NCBI GenBank assembly: GCA_963847185.1
Contig: CAWJYV010000010.1
Location: 672,001 to 736,000, forward strand
Source: an uncultured Methanosarcinaceae archaeon
Lineage (GTDB): Archaea; Halobacteriota; Methanosarcinia; Methanosarcinales; Methanosarcinaceae
Direction: 5' to 3'
DNA: 64,000 bases
Shown: one piece after another, positions 41,717 to 52,950 of the stretch
Position numbering within the stretch: the first letter of the stretch is position 1
How the letters are laid out: every line of letters starts with the position of its first letter
The notes under the pieces: generated by a model
The model's input: only the letters and a program-made list of their open reading frames with translations
Databases searched by the model: none
Told to the model about the DNA's origin: nothing
Made by a program: the position numbers and the translations under genes

Positions 41717-41953
41717 ATGGTAGCTTCGACAACAATTTGTCTTGACCCCAAAGTAAAAGAGATGCTCACAAGCCTAAAAACACATCCCCAGGAGTCTTAC
41801 AATTCAGTGGTAGAGAGGCTTATTAACATGGCAGTTGATTCTGAACCCCTGAGTGAAGAAACGATAAAAAGGATTGAAGAGGGACTTGAAGATATCAAAA
41901 AAGGAAGGTACTACACAGAAGAAGAAATTGCGGCCGAATTGAGGCTTGAGTAA
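41717..41953 (+). CDS. Antitoxin of RelE-type TA pair
   Basis: Small acidic protein, ESYNSVVERL, EEGLEDIKKGR; TAATG coupling to toxin. Confidence 0.8.
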   Translation: MVASTTICLDPKVKEMLTSLKTHPQESYNSVVERLINMAVDSEPLSEETIKRIEEGLEDIKKGRYYTEEEIAAELRLE

Positions 41954-42216
41954 TGTACTCTGTAATTTATACACAGGCGGCCCTTAAAGATCTACAAAAA
42001 CTTCCTCATGAAGTAGCTCAGAAGATTTACAACGCTGTTAAACGAATAAAAGATGACCCTTATTCTCATGTAAAAAAATTAAAAGCTTCACCTACAATTC
42101 CTTTTTATTCATTGAGGGTTGGCGAATACCGTGTTGTCATGACAATTGAAAGCCAGCAATTAGTTATTTTTATCATCGAAGTTGGACACAGAAGCAAGAT
42201 TTACAGGAAATATTGA
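41953..42216 (+). CDS. RelE/ParE family toxin
   Basis: A.KDLQKL, KKLK, YSLRVGEYRVV, VGHRSKIY. Confidence 0.9.
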   Translation: MYSVIYTQAALKDLQKLPHEVAQKIYNAVKRIKDDPYSHVKKLKASPTIPFYSLRVGEYRVVMTIESQQLVIFIIEVGHRSKIYRKY

Positions 42217-42481
42217 ATTTCCGAGTTCCGCCTCTTCCGAGTTCCGCTTCCCGAGTTCCGCTTCGGGAGCACGGGGTCTGTTTCCCTCGCTTCGCTCGCT
42301 CAAGCAGACTAACTTATTGCTTAGGATCCTGCCTAACTTTCTGAATTGCGCCTCGGGATCACAGGAAATCGGAGATTTTCTGGGAGTTGCGATGTAATCG
42401 TAACAGTACGCGGTACTTTTCCCTCGCTTCGCTCGCTCAAGAGGACGAATTTTTGGCGAAGAGTCATAACTTGAATTTTAT

Positions 42482-42914
42482 TTTTTTGGGGCAGCAACTT
42501 CCTTTAGAGAAGTGAGCTTTTTTGAACCGGAACAACGTTATTAGCGTCTTAAACGGAGCCTGTTCCGAACGTAGTGAGGCTATACCATAATAAATAAATT
42601 AAAAAAGCAATTTAAGAGTTCTATTTTCCAAAAAAATGGAAAATTCGTTGAATATGACATTCAAAATGCCTTTCATTTTGTTTTGTGCTTATTAGGACTG
42701 GCCCGAGCGTTCGCTCGGTGGAAAACAGATTCTAAACGCCGACTACTGTTTTTCGGGCGGGATCCATAACTTTATTTTTATTTTTGGGGGCAGCTCCATT
42801 AAATAATCCTCTAACAATCGTTTCCATAAGTACCTGACTGTTTTCTCTCTTTTCTTATTTTTAATTCGAGTTCATCACACAAATCCATGAACTTCTCAAC
42901 TTTTTCAACGATGC
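42482..42914. repeat. About 430-bp direct repeat, copy B
   Basis: Aligns by eye with 41131-41565. Confidence 0.85.
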
Positions 42915-42996
42915 GTTTCTGTTCTGCGAGGGATGGAAGAGGAATTGCAAATTTTGAGATATTGCCCATACTCAAATTAACTCTTGCATTGTCCAC
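42811..42996 (-). pseudogene. hsdS: 3' fragment of type I restriction specificity subunit
   Basis: NLSMGNISKFAIPLPSLAEQKRIVEKVEKFMDLCDELE, the conserved HsdS segment. Confidence 0.8.
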
Positions 42997-43319
42997 TTGT
43001 TTATCGAATTCTTAAATACTTAAATAGTGAAGTGTGCTCCATATTTTTAGGCTTAAAAATGAATTTCCAATAATCTTGATTAATAATTTACTTTTACAAA
43101 AAAGAAAAAAATATATTTACCTTTTCCGGACTTATACATAAAAAATCCATTCTGTGAGAATATGGCTTGGAGCTCAGCCGGCTCTTAAAATACCATTATA
43201 TCAATGATATATAGATTAAATCAATGAGCTAATTATTAGAATAATGCGTTAATCGATATATGAATGGAATAATATTATGTGTTAAAAATATTATATATAA
43301 TGAGTGTATAGTATGAATT

Positions 43320-43492
43320 GCGTTCTCATCCCTTGAACACCCCATTAGTAAACACCTACTCCAAAAAGATCTACCGCAATAAGGGATCAAAATAAGAACT
43401 CTCAACCCCGAGATGCCTAACCTCTTTCCAGACTAAGAAACTGAGCATTCTATAATGTCATTAGAACTTCCAGGCTTTTTGGATGAGAACGC
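43320..43492 (+). ncRNA. Candidate sRNA with 12-bp terminal stem
   Basis: TTATATATAA at 43291; GCGTTCTCATCC / GGATGAGAACGC. Confidence 0.5.
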
Positions 43493-43544
43493 TAATCCTC
43501 TTCTAAATAAAAACAATACCCTGTTTTAAACTTCATCTATCTTT

Positions 43545-43637
43545 CCTTTGTTTTTGTCATTCCTTTGTTTTTGTCATTCCTTTGTTTTTGTCATTCCTTT
43601 GTCTTTTGTCATTCCTTTGTTTTTGTCATTCCTTTGT
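43545..43637. repeat. Tandem repeat 17 bp, about 5 copies
   Basis: CCTTTGTTTTTGTCATT units, one 18-bp variant. Confidence 0.9.
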
Positions 43638-43724
43638 CTTTCTTTTATTACTTTTGTCCTTTTTTCTTTTATCCCTTTCTCCTTCAATGTCCTTTTTTTT
43701 ACTTTTTTCCCCTTCACTCCTTTA

Positions 43725-45182
43725 TTATTCCTTCTTTGCCTCTTTCTTTGCCTCATCTTTCATAATTATTCCTTCAGCTGCCATGATTCCTGTTGCAGCT
43801 GCGTTTACTATGTCCCTTGAAAGTCCTGCCCCGTCTCCTGCTGCAAAGAGATTTTTAATGCTGGTTTCCATTTGTCTGTTCACTTTAAGGTGCATTGCAT
43901 AGAACTTGACTTCAGGAGCGTACAGCAGGGTTGAGTCTGAAGTAACGCCGGGTATGATCTCGTTTAGGGTCTCCAGGCCTTCGATTATGTCCATAACTAT
44001 CCTGTGGGGGAGCGCCATTGAGATGTCTCCTGGAGTTATGTCTTTGAGCGTATTTACAACAATGTTTCTGGCAATTCGTTCTTTTGTGGAGCGGCGACCG
44101 CGCCTCAGGTCTCCCATGCGCTGCAGGACAGGCTTGCCTCCTCCTATCGTGGTTGCCAGCTTTGCAATTGAACGGGCGTATTTTGTAGTGTTTTCCATGG
44201 GCTCCGTAAGCTCAACTCGGACAAGGAAGGCGAAATTGGTGTTTTCGGACTCTTTGTTGGCCATAGAGTGGCCATTAGTTGCGATAAAATCTTCATATTC
44301 TTCCTTTACGACAAATCCGCGCATATTTGTGCAGAATGTCCGGACGAAGTCATCGTAACGGCGGCTCTGGATATGGAACTTGGGGTCGCGGTTGATTTTC
44401 GTTACAGGATCCATAACGATTGCAGGGACTTCTACTCTCACCCCGATATCAATTCCACCGTATCTGGCTTCTATTCCGTGCTTCTCAATCATCTCAGAGA
44501 TCCAGTTGAATCCTCTTCTTCCCGGAGACAGAAGTACATAGATGGCATGGATTATTCTCCCGTCTGAAAGTACGATCCCTTTGCAGATGCCTTCCTCGAC
44601 CAGCAGGTCTTCCACCTCGCTCTCAAGCAGGAAATCCACGTCTTTGTCAACAAGGTCCTGTTTAAAGTGCCCTATTACAGCAGGAGCGTTGTCCGAACCT
44701 ATGTGCCTCTGCTTGATCTCGATAAACCGGGCTCCGACAGAAGCAGCTCTGCGCTTCAGCTCTTCTATCTCCGGGCCTTCTGTCAAAAGAGCTTCATGTG
44801 GCGCTCCAAACTTCAGAAAAACCTTATCCACTCTTTCTACAAGCTCCCAGGCTTCTGTCTGATCCCCTGTCAGAGCTGCCAGATCCCCTCCCACATCAGG
44901 CCTCAGGTTTAAGGTCCCATCCGAGTAAGTTCCGCAGCCCCCTACCCCGCACATGATATCGCAGGGAGTACAGTGCATACAGTAAGTCTGGGTTTTCATG
45001 GGGCACAGGCGTTTGTCTATATCGCTGCCCATATCTACAATAAGGACTTTCAGATGTTTTACCTCTGCAAGCTCGTAAGCTGCAAACATCCCGGCAGGCC
45101 CTGCTCCTATAATCAGGACGTCGTACTTCGAATTTATCTCCTCTTCTTTAAAAAATCCATCTTCTTTCTCCATGCATAGCAC
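43725..45182 (-). CDS. NAD(P)/FAD-dependent oxidoreductase
   Basis: IIGAGPAG, GVGG.GTYSDG, DIGVRVE, RTFC, LYAPEVKFY, AAGDGAG. Confidence 0.9.
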   Translation of the reverse strand: MLCMEKEDGFFKEEEINSKYDVLIIGAGPAGMFAAYELAEVKHLKVLIVDMGSDIDKRLCPMKTQTYCMHCTPCDIMCGVGGCGTYSDGTLNLRPDVGGDLAALTGDQTEAWELVERVDKVFLKFGAPHEALLTEGPEIEELKRRAASVGARFIEIKQRHIGSDNAPAVIGHFKQDLVDKDVDFLLESEVEDLLVEEGICKGIVLSDGRIIHAIYVLLSPGRRGFNWISEMIEKHGIEARYGGIDIGVRVEVPAIVMDPVTKINRDPKFHIQSRRYDDFVRTFCTNMRGFVVKEEYEDFIATNGHSMANKESENTNFAFLVRVELTEPMENTTKYARSIAKLATTIGGGKPVLQRMGDLRRGRRSTKERIARNIVVNTLKDITPGDISMALPHRIVMDIIEGLETLNEIIPGVTSDSTLLYAPEVKFYAMHLKVNRQMETSIKNLFAAGDGAGLSRDIVNAAATGIMAAEGIIMKDEAKKEAKKE

Positions 45183-45803
45183 CCTTTAAAATTATGTGAA
45201 TTTTTGAAGCATTAAGTGGTCAGAAACTCCTAACCTCAACTTTTTATCCGGAATTTTTCCGAAAATCTGAAATAAATTGTTTAGATTTCCCCATATACTC
45301 AATTGAGCCCTGTTCTCTATTGAGAAATAACGTAATCTGGTTTTTGTCCGCCGTTATTGTGCATAGAAGTACTCTAGAAACATTATCAGTTCCTCTATGT
45401 ATGGAAATTTTCCTGCATAGATAAATGTACTGATAAAAGGAAATAGAAAAATGAAAGCTACAAAAAGTGCTCAACCGCTGGTCATAGATGCTCCTCAAAA
45501 ATGATTTCTCCCTTCCCCCTAAATAGGTATGAAATCGTCAGTATAAAAAAGTTTCATTCATGTTTGAAATGCATAAATGATTTTTTGGAATGAATACAAA
45601 AAATAATGAATAAAGATCATTAAAACTCAAAACTATGATCTTTAACCAGTTAAACGCAAAATAACTTCCCAACATGCTGTACTTTCCTTGAACAGAAGAT
45701 CAGGATTATATCAAGTCCCTGAAATAAGGTCTATTAACTCTTAAATAGCTAAATTTTTAGTGCTTTATAATTTGATATTTCTGATTTAAAGGGGGAGTAA
45801 CAG

Positions 45804-48800
45804 ATGTGGGTAAGTAAATTAACCGTTCTTTTAGCGGTTGCTATCTTCCTTTTGACTGCTACCAACAGCCCTGCATCTGCCAGGGAGATTATAGTGGATG
45901 ATAAAGGTTCGAATGCAGGTTTCAGATCTATTCAGGAGGCAGTGGATAGTTCCTCTTCAGGAGATATAATTCTTGTTTATCCGGGCCTCTATAATGAGAG
46001 CGTGAATGTAAGTAAAGACAACTTGAGCATTCTTTCTGAGTCTGAAGAGCCTGAAGATACTCTTGTTAGGGATTTTAATGTAAGCGCGAATAATATTATT
46101 GTAAAAGGATTTACCATACAAGAAAATTTAGCTTTACAGGGTCTTAAGGGTGATCTCTGGTATGCTAAAATTGAAAACTGTACTGTTAAAAATAACATTT
46201 TGGAATCAGGTATTTATGCTGATGAATGTTACAATTCCACTATTGGGAAAAATGTAATTTTAAACTCAGGTATCTTTGTATCGGGGCCTGAAGCAGATTC
46301 TAATTTAACAATTTCTGATAATTTAATTGTTAACGGAGATATTGGAGTTCATCACGGTTCATATAATTGTGTCTTGCTTAATAATACACTTCTGAATGGA
46401 GGCATAGGAGTAGGTGAAGGTCCTGGCTGCAAAATTCTCGGCAATTATATTTCAAATGGGATAGATGACGGTTACGGAATTGTCTTTTCTGAATCTTCTT
46501 CTAGTGGGATAGAAAACAATACGATTGTAAATTGCACTAATGGTATCTTTTTAGTCCGGCTCACGGGGCCTAACACAGTTTATAATAATACTCTGATGTC
46601 AAATAATCGGGGGATTTATATTGGAGACTCAGGAGGAAACTCGCTTCTAAATAACACTATCTCAAAAAACAATATTGGGATACTATTAAACGGCATGACC
46701 ACGGATCAGGCGGGAGCTAATTCGCTTGTTAATAACACCATTTCAAACAACAATATAGGAATATTATTCGAAGGCGATTCTTCTGGTAATCTGGTAACCA
46801 ATAACAAAGTGGAGCTAAACAAGCAATATGGAGTATATATCAAACAGGTTAGCTATGAGATACCATATAATGGAACTGCACCATATAATGGAACTAACTG
46901 GTTCTACAATAATAGATTCAATAATACTGTTAACTTCTTTAATGATACAAGCAACTATACAAACGACCATTATACTGCAAGGGAAATAAATAATAGAAAT
47001 AATAGCACTGGAATAATTTCTGTTGCTTTGAACACTTCAAAAACTGCAGGCACTAACATCATAGGTGGGTCCTACCTTGGTGGAAATTTTTGGGCAAAGC
47101 CTGATGGCGCTGGTTTTTCCCAGATATGCGCGGACTCGGAGGGGGATGGAATTGGAGATTTACCCTATTATATAACCGGTAATGATATTGATTATCTTCC
47201 TCTTGTATCTGTATCCAGATCACAAGAAACAATAATTCCATTTGCAAACTTCAGCACCAACATCACACAGAATCTTGCCCCACTCGCTGTCCAGTTTACA
47301 GATCTTTCGCAGAATGCAGTTGCATGGAACTGGGATTTTGACAATAACGGAATATCCGATTCTGCAAGCCAAAATCCGGTTTATGTGTACATAGTCCCTG
47401 GAACCTACATTGTCAATTTAACAGCTAGCAACGGAAAAGAAACATCCTCAAAAACTCAGATAATAATTATGCAGGAAGCAACAGTTCCTCCCGTAGCAGA
47501 CTTCAGTTCCAATGTTACAGGCGGTCAGGTTCCTCTTTCAGTCCGGTTCATGGATATTTCCCAAAATGCAACATCAAGAGAATGGGATTTTAACAATGAC
47601 GGAAACTTTGACTCTACAGAAAGAACCCCGGTTTATGTATATACTTACCCTGGAAACCATACTGTCAACCTGACAGTAAGCAATACAAAAGGTACTGTTT
47701 CAAAATCATTTCCAATAACAGTATATCCTGCACAGCGTTTGGAGGGTGAACTCATCTTAACGGAATCTCAGATTACCACGAATGACTCGAATCAGGAGTA
47801 TCCTGCTATCTGCGGGGACAGAATAGTATGGCAGGATAGTCGTGATGGAAACTATACTTTATATCTATACGATATATCCACTTCTTCGGAAACTCCCATT
47901 GTCAGCGGCTATCCTCAATTTGACCCCGTTATCTATGAAGACAAGATTGTGTGGCAATCTGGAAATATATACCTATATAACCTCTCAACTTTTTCAAAAG
48001 ATCAGATCACTAATCAATCCGGAAGATATCCTGCTATTTACGATAATAAGATTGTCTGGGAGAGCTCTCATATCTACATGTACGATCTCTTGACTCTCAA
48101 AGAAACTCAAATTACTAACAACAATAACACATCATATCAAGAGTATCCAGCTATCTTTAGTAACAGGATTGTGTGGGGAGACTGGCGCAATAGAAACTGG
48201 GATATTTATATGTATGATCTCTCCACCCAAAAGGAATTACAGATAACTGCCAATGAATCAGATCAGGTAAGACCTGCTATATACGGAGACAGAATAGTAT
48301 GGGTAGATTCCCGTAATGGATATCCAAATATCTACATGTATAACCTCTCCAGTTCCAGAGAAACTCGGATAACCAGCAATAAATCAGGTCAATATTTGCC
48401 TGCTATTTACGGAGACAGAATTGTATGGGAAGATGGTCGCAGTGGCAATGGATCTGATATTTACATGTACGACTTCTCTACCTCCAAGGAAATCCAGATC
48501 ACTGCCAGTGGATCAGCATCCAATCCTGCTATCTACGATAACAGGATAGTATGGCAGGATCATCGGAATGGAAACTCGGATATCTACATGTGCACTATTT
48601 CAAGAGATGGACATAATTTGAAAACACCTGTTTCTGACTTCTTTGCGAATATAACATCAGGAAATGCACCCTTAAAAATATTATTCACTGACAACAGCAC
48701 TGGTGCACCGATTTTCTGGTTCTGGGATTTCGGAGATGGTATTAATTCAAAACACGCTTTAAACGCAACTCACACATTTACTGAACCTGGAAAGTATGAT

Positions 48801-48881
48801 ATAAGTCTTACAGTAACAAATGAAAACGGTAGCAATACAAGGATTATGCCTGATTATATTACAGTCTCCGAAAGTAAATGA
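45804..48881 (+). CDS. Cell-surface protein: NosD/beta-helix, PKD domains, beta-propeller repeats
   Basis: Signal peptide; GGNFWAKPDG; WDFDNNG PKD; repeated PAIYGDRIVW.D.RNG..DIYMYD. Confidence 0.92.
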   Translation: MWVSKLTVLLAVAIFLLTATNSPASAREIIVDDKGSNAGFRSIQEAVDSSSSGDIILVYPGLYNESVNVSKDNLSILSESEEPEDTLVRDFNVSANNIIVKGFTIQENLALQGLKGDLWYAKIENCTVKNNILESGIYADECYNSTIGKNVILNSGIFVSGPEADSNLTISDNLIVNGDIGVHHGSYNCVLLNNTLLNGGIGVGEGPGCKILGNYISNGIDDGYGIVFSESSSSGIENNTIVNCTNGIFLVRLTGPNTVYNNTLMSNNRGIYIGDSGGNSLLNNTISKNNIGILLNGMTTDQAGANSLVNNTISNNNIGILFEGDSSGNLVTNNKVELNKQYGVYIKQVSYEIPYNGTAPYNGTNWFYNNRFNNTVNFFNDTSNYTNDHYTAREINNRNNSTGIISVALNTSKTAGTNIIGGSYLGGNFWAKPDGAGFSQICADSEGDGIGDLPYYITGNDIDYLPLVSVSRSQETIIPFANFSTNITQNLAPLAVQFTDLSQNAVAWNWDFDNNGISDSASQNPVYVYIVPGTYIVNLTASNGKETSSKTQIIIMQEATVPPVADFSSNVTGGQVPLSVRFMDISQNATSREWDFNNDGNFDSTERTPVYVYTYPGNHTVNLTVSNTKGTVSKSFPITVYPAQRLEGELILTESQITTNDSNQEYPAICGDRIVWQDSRDGNYTLYLYDISTSSETPIVSGYPQFDPVIYEDKIVWQSGNIYLYNLSTFSKDQITNQSGRYPAIYDNKIVWESSHIYMYDLLTLKETQITNNNNTSYQEYPAIFSNRIVWGDWRNRNWDIYMYDLSTQKELQITANESDQVRPAIYGDRIVWVDSRNGYPNIYMYNLSSSRETRITSNKSGQYLPAIYGDRIVWEDGRSGNGSDIYMYDFSTSKEIQITASGSASNPAIYDNRIVWQDHRNGNSDIYMCTISRDGHNLKTPVSDFFANITSGNAPLKILFTDNSTGAPIFWFWDFGDGINSKHALNATHTFTEPGKYDISLTVTNENGSNTRIMPDYITVSESK

Positions 48882-49122
48882 ATATCTTATTGAAAAATCA
48901 GTGAAAAACCAGTGAAAAACCAAAAGATAAGTGATAAGCCGGAAAATCAGTGTAAAATCGAAAGATCCGAAAGAGCCAAGGATAAGGGTCAAATCAGGAG
49001 CAATTGATTAATCTGTAAAGCAAAAACTTCTGATACACCAATCCCTTAGCCTCTCTGGCAAATATGAGAACTTTTGAGAACCATTATCAGGCTTAATATT
49101 TTTCAGTTTATTTTTTTGATTT

Positions 49123-51864
49123 TCAGTTAATTTTTCTGATAATCAGTCTCTTCAATACTTTCTTCCCATCTCTTTCATTATCTGCTTCATTTTCTTGGCT
49201 TTCGGGTATTTCAATCCAGATCATGAAGCAATAGTCACTGCCTGCCCCGAGATCTTTGATGCGGATTTCAAGAGGATTATCCTTTGCAGGTTCTGTTTTC
49301 CCTCTTAACTTCTGGTGAAATATTTTTGCTACAGCTTTTTCGGGGGCAGGGGCAGAGATTACTCCTATCATTCCTCCTTTTTCGTCAGTGGCTATGAAGG
49401 TTTTTTCCTTTTTTTCCTGCGCTGCCGAAACTTCCTGTTTTATGGTTTCCCGCCTGAGCTGACGTCTGACTCTGCTCAAAGCATCTTCTGTGCTTCTTTT
49501 TTCAGGAGCTGGTCTCGATGAAGCTTTGAGTTCTGAAAGGTGCTTTTCTTTTTTCTCAGGCGGAATATAAGGCTCTTTTCCAAGGAGTTCGTGAAGGAGC
49601 ATGATTGCAGCATGCTTGTCCAGCGGCTCATTATTATTTCCACATTTAGGTGACTGGATGCAGCTCGGACAGCCGCTCTCACAGGGACAGCTCTCGATTG
49701 CTTTCAGGGTGCCGTCAAGTACCTCTTCTATCAGGTCATAACCTTTTTCGGCATATCCTACTCCTCCCCTGTGCCCGTCATAAATGAATATCCCGCTTTT
49801 GCTTCCAAGGTCAGGATGAGATGGAGTGGAAACCCCGCCCACATCGCTTCTGTCCACAAGCAGATGAAGAGGATACATAGAAATCATTGCATGCTCGACT
49901 GCGTGAATACCGCCTGCAAAATCCAGCTTATGTTCTCCTACAAGCTCTTGCAGCCGATTTGGAAGCTTCAGCCAGAGAGCCATTGTCTGGAGCGTTACAG
50001 GAGGCATTTCAAGATTATGAGCACTCATGATATCATTGCTGTGGGTCTGGATTTTTCTGTATCCTATTACCCTGTCTGTTACCTCTACTTCTCCAAGCCC
50101 TACTTCAACGTCAGAAACATGCAGAAGAGGTTTTATTGAATAGGTCTCCTGCACCTGGACTGAAGAGTCGATCATGGGTTTCGTATGATAATTGTCATGT
50201 GTTTTTACAGCATGTATCTCCTTTTTCTCATGGTCGATCCTGTTTATGTAGTAGGTTTCTCCTCTGTGCATATAGACCGCACCAGGGTGACACTCACGAA
50301 AAGCCAGAGTCTCTTCGATATCTTTTTCTATTGGGAAGCTTTTTTCCCCTTCGAAAGCAAGGAGAGAGTAGGTATTATTGTCTATTCCCCTCAGGGAGAC
50401 ATGCTTGTACGGGAACGGATCAGTTGAATATTTGAGGTGGTCTCCTGCAAGCAGGCCTTCGGCCTCCAGAAGTTCAACGACTCTGGAATACCCTTTACCG
50501 AAATACTTTTCATCGGATTCTTTCAAAGGGATTTCTTTTGCGGCACAGAGCAGGTGTCCTGCAAGGATGTAAGGGTTTTTGGGGTTAAGGACTGCATTTT
50601 CACTGCTTCTTTCAAAAAAGTCGGCAGGGTTTCTCATATAATACTGGTCAAGGGCATTTGTGCCCGCTACAAGCACAACAAGGCTTTCATTTCCGCTTCT
50701 GCCTGCCCTTCCTGCCTGCTGCCTGGCACTCATCACGGTTCCGGGATAACCGTCCAGAATACAGGCATCAAGCCCCCCGATATCTATCCCGAGTTCGAGG
50801 GCATTTGTGGAAATTACACCCCGTAGCTCCCCTGAATTCATTTTTTTTTCGATTTCTTCCCTTTCCCTGTCAAAATATCCGCTCCTGTACGAGCAAATAG
50901 CATAGGAGAGATTTCTGTCTCTCAAAAGCTCTCTGCAGTTTCTGTACATCCTTTCAACTCCCTGTCTGGAGCGGGTAAAGACCAGAGTTTGAAGCCCTGC
51001 CTGGACAGCCCTTGTAAAAATGGAAGAAGCCTCTGAAAAGCTGCTTCTCCTGAGGGTACAGCCCCTGTTATTCATATAGAGAGGCGGATTCCAGAATACG
51101 AATTTTTGAGGCCCGTTTGACGAACCGTTGTTCTCGACTACTTCTGGCTCCCTTCCGATCAGAGTTTCAGTATGCTCTTTTGGGTTTCCGATGGTTGCAG
51201 AACAGCAAATGAACTGAGGGATCGCTCCGTAATATTCAGCCACGCGCAAAAGCCGTCGGAGCAGGTTTGCCATATTGCTTCCAATAACCCCCCTGTAGTA
51301 GTGGCTTTCGTCAACAACTATGAATTTCAGGTTTGAGAAAAAACGCCTCCAGAGATGGTGCCAGGCAAGAAAACTCATATGGACCATTTCAGGGTTTGTG
51401 AAAACAATATTGGTCTTCCCTTCCCTTACTTTTCTTTTCTGGGCTTCACTGAGGGCTCCGGTATAACGGGCTATCCCTGCTCCTGACTGCAGACTTTCTT
51501 CGAATCCCATAAAAGCCTTTAGCTGGTCGTTTACCAGCGCATTTAAAGGAGAAATATAAAGGGCAGTAGCTTCAGGATTTTCCAGGATTGTTTCAAAAAT
51601 AGGAACCATATAAGTAAGGGTCTTTCCGCTTGCCGTGGTCGTGCAGAGCACAAGATCTTTTCCGTTCCTAATTTTTTCTATAGCTTCAGCCTGATGGGAG
51701 TAAAGAGCCTCAATTCCTGCTGCTAGAAGGGAATTTTTTACCTGTATTTTCAATTCAAGGGGAGTATAAAGGGCTTCCTTTGCAGGAATCTCTTCTATGT
51801 GAACTATCTGGTTTTCATAGCGGCTGGAAGCTTTTATCTCTTTCAGCAGGAGGGAAATATCCAT
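49123..51864 (-). CDS. Hrq1/YprA-type DEAD/DEAH helicase with DUF1998 domain
   Basis: TASGKT, DESH, SAT, TNALELGIDIG, QQAGRAGR, CPCESGCPSC; likely start MDISLL. Confidence 0.92.
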   Translation of the reverse strand: MDISLLLKEIKASSRYENQIVHIEEIPAKEALYTPLELKIQVKNSLLAAGIEALYSHQAEAIEKIRNGKDLVLCTTTASGKTLTYMVPIFETILENPEATALYISPLNALVNDQLKAFMGFEESLQSGAGIARYTGALSEAQKRKVREGKTNIVFTNPEMVHMSFLAWHHLWRRFFSNLKFIVVDESHYYRGVIGSNMANLLRRLLRVAEYYGAIPQFICCSATIGNPKEHTETLIGREPEVVENNGSSNGPQKFVFWNPPLYMNNRGCTLRRSSFSEASSIFTRAVQAGLQTLVFTRSRQGVERMYRNCRELLRDRNLSYAICSYRSGYFDREREEIEKKMNSGELRGVISTNALELGIDIGGLDACILDGYPGTVMSARQQAGRAGRSGNESLVVLVAGTNALDQYYMRNPADFFERSSENAVLNPKNPYILAGHLLCAAKEIPLKESDEKYFGKGYSRVVELLEAEGLLAGDHLKYSTDPFPYKHVSLRGIDNNTYSLLAFEGEKSFPIEKDIEETLAFRECHPGAVYMHRGETYYINRIDHEKKEIHAVKTHDNYHTKPMIDSSVQVQETYSIKPLLHVSDVEVGLGEVEVTDRVIGYRKIQTHSNDIMSAHNLEMPPVTLQTMALWLKLPNRLQELVGEHKLDFAGGIHAVEHAMISMYPLHLLVDRSDVGGVSTPSHPDLGSKSGIFIYDGHRGGVGYAEKGYDLIEEVLDGTLKAIESCPCESGCPSCIQSPKCGNNNEPLDKHAAIMLLHELLGKEPYIPPEKKEKHLSELKASSRPAPEKRSTEDALSRVRRQLRRETIKQEVSAAQEKKEKTFIATDEKGGMIGVISAPAPEKAVAKIFHQKLRGKTEPAKDNPLEIRIKDLGAGSDYCFMIWIEIPESQENEADNERDGKKVLKRLIIRKIN

Positions 51865-52283
51865 TTTTCGGCACCATTTTATTTTATTTCTTACTTTATA
51901 TTTTGGTCTTCCCATTGCAAGTGGTGGTATTTTAATCTATTTTTTAATTTATTTCTTCATCCTTTCTTAATTTTTTAACCTCTTTTTAATCTTTTATTTT
52001 AAAGTCTCTAAATTTAATTTGCTTCTTTATCGAGACACATAGCCAAAGCCTTTTAGGTTTGCAGAAAAGAAATTATACGAAAAAAACAGGTAAATAAGGA
52101 GTATATAAAAGGAGTAGTAGATAAAGGAATAATTGTTGCAGATAAACAAACAACTAAAGTGAGCAAATAGCGCAGTAAATAACATGAGTAAGTGGATAAA
52201 ACGAATAACGAGTAAATGAAATGAATAAATGAAACGAGTAAAAATAAGTAATAAAATGGGAGTTATCTGAATCAGAAGCTGAA

Positions 52284-52844
52284 TCAGAACTCAACTTTTG
52301 GAACTTCCCTTTCGGCTTGCGTGGCTTCAAATAAGTCTTTTTTCTGGAATCCCAGCAAAGAAGCGACAATGTTTTTCGGAATTGTCTGGATACTGATATT
52401 GTATTTCATGACTGTATCATTATAAAATTGCCTTGCATAAGCAATTTTGTTTTCAGTCTCCATCAGGTCTTTCTGGAGCTGGATAAAGTTCTGGTTGGCT
52501 TTCAGGTCGGGATAATTTTCTGCAACTGCGAAAAGGGATTTCAGCGTAGAGGACAGGTAATTTGAAGCTTCTGCGGTTTCATTCACATTAGTTGCAGACA
52601 TTACTGCTGCCCTGGCTTTTGTAATGTTTTCGAAAAGAGTTTTTTCGTGTTTTGCATACCCTTTCACCGTTTCTATCAGATTGGGAATAAGATCATAACG
52701 CCTTTTCAGCTGGACTTCTATTTGAGCCCAGGCATTTTCTACTCTATTTCTTTGCTTTATTAGGTCATTATAAATTAGAACGAAGATAAAACCCAGAATT
52801 ATTACTGCTATTATCAAAATTTCTACTATCAAATACACCACCAT
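52284..52844 (-). CDS. lemA: LemA family protein
   Basis: [40 protein letters not shown]. Confidence 0.93.
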   Translation of the reverse strand: MVVYLIVEILIIAVIILGFIFVLIYNDLIKQRNRVENAWAQIEVQLKRRYDLIPNLIETVKGYAKHEKTLFENITKARAAVMSATNVNETAEASNYLSSTLKSLFAVAENYPDLKANQNFIQLQKDLMETENKIAYARQFYNDTVMKYNISIQTIPKNIVASLLGFQKKDLFEATQAEREVPKVEF

Positions 52845-52950
52845 CCTTTTTTCAAGCCTTCTCAAACCTTTCTCAAATTTTTTTCTCAAACGTTTTTCAA
52901 ACGTTTCTCAAGCCTTTTCCAAATTTTTCCCAAATTTTCTCTAAATTACT

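Noticed and set aside
43548-43902. Hydrophobic ORFs over the 17-bp repeat
   Set aside because: Artefacts of a T-rich tandem repeat, open in several frames
49123-51864. DISARM/Druantia component
   Set aside because: Stand-alone DUF1998 helicase without system partners; likely repair helicase
52845-52945. Degenerate TTTCTCAAA repeats and the ORF-track N-terminal extension of lemA
   Set aside because: Low-complexity spacer; the ATG at 52844 fits the LemA N-terminus
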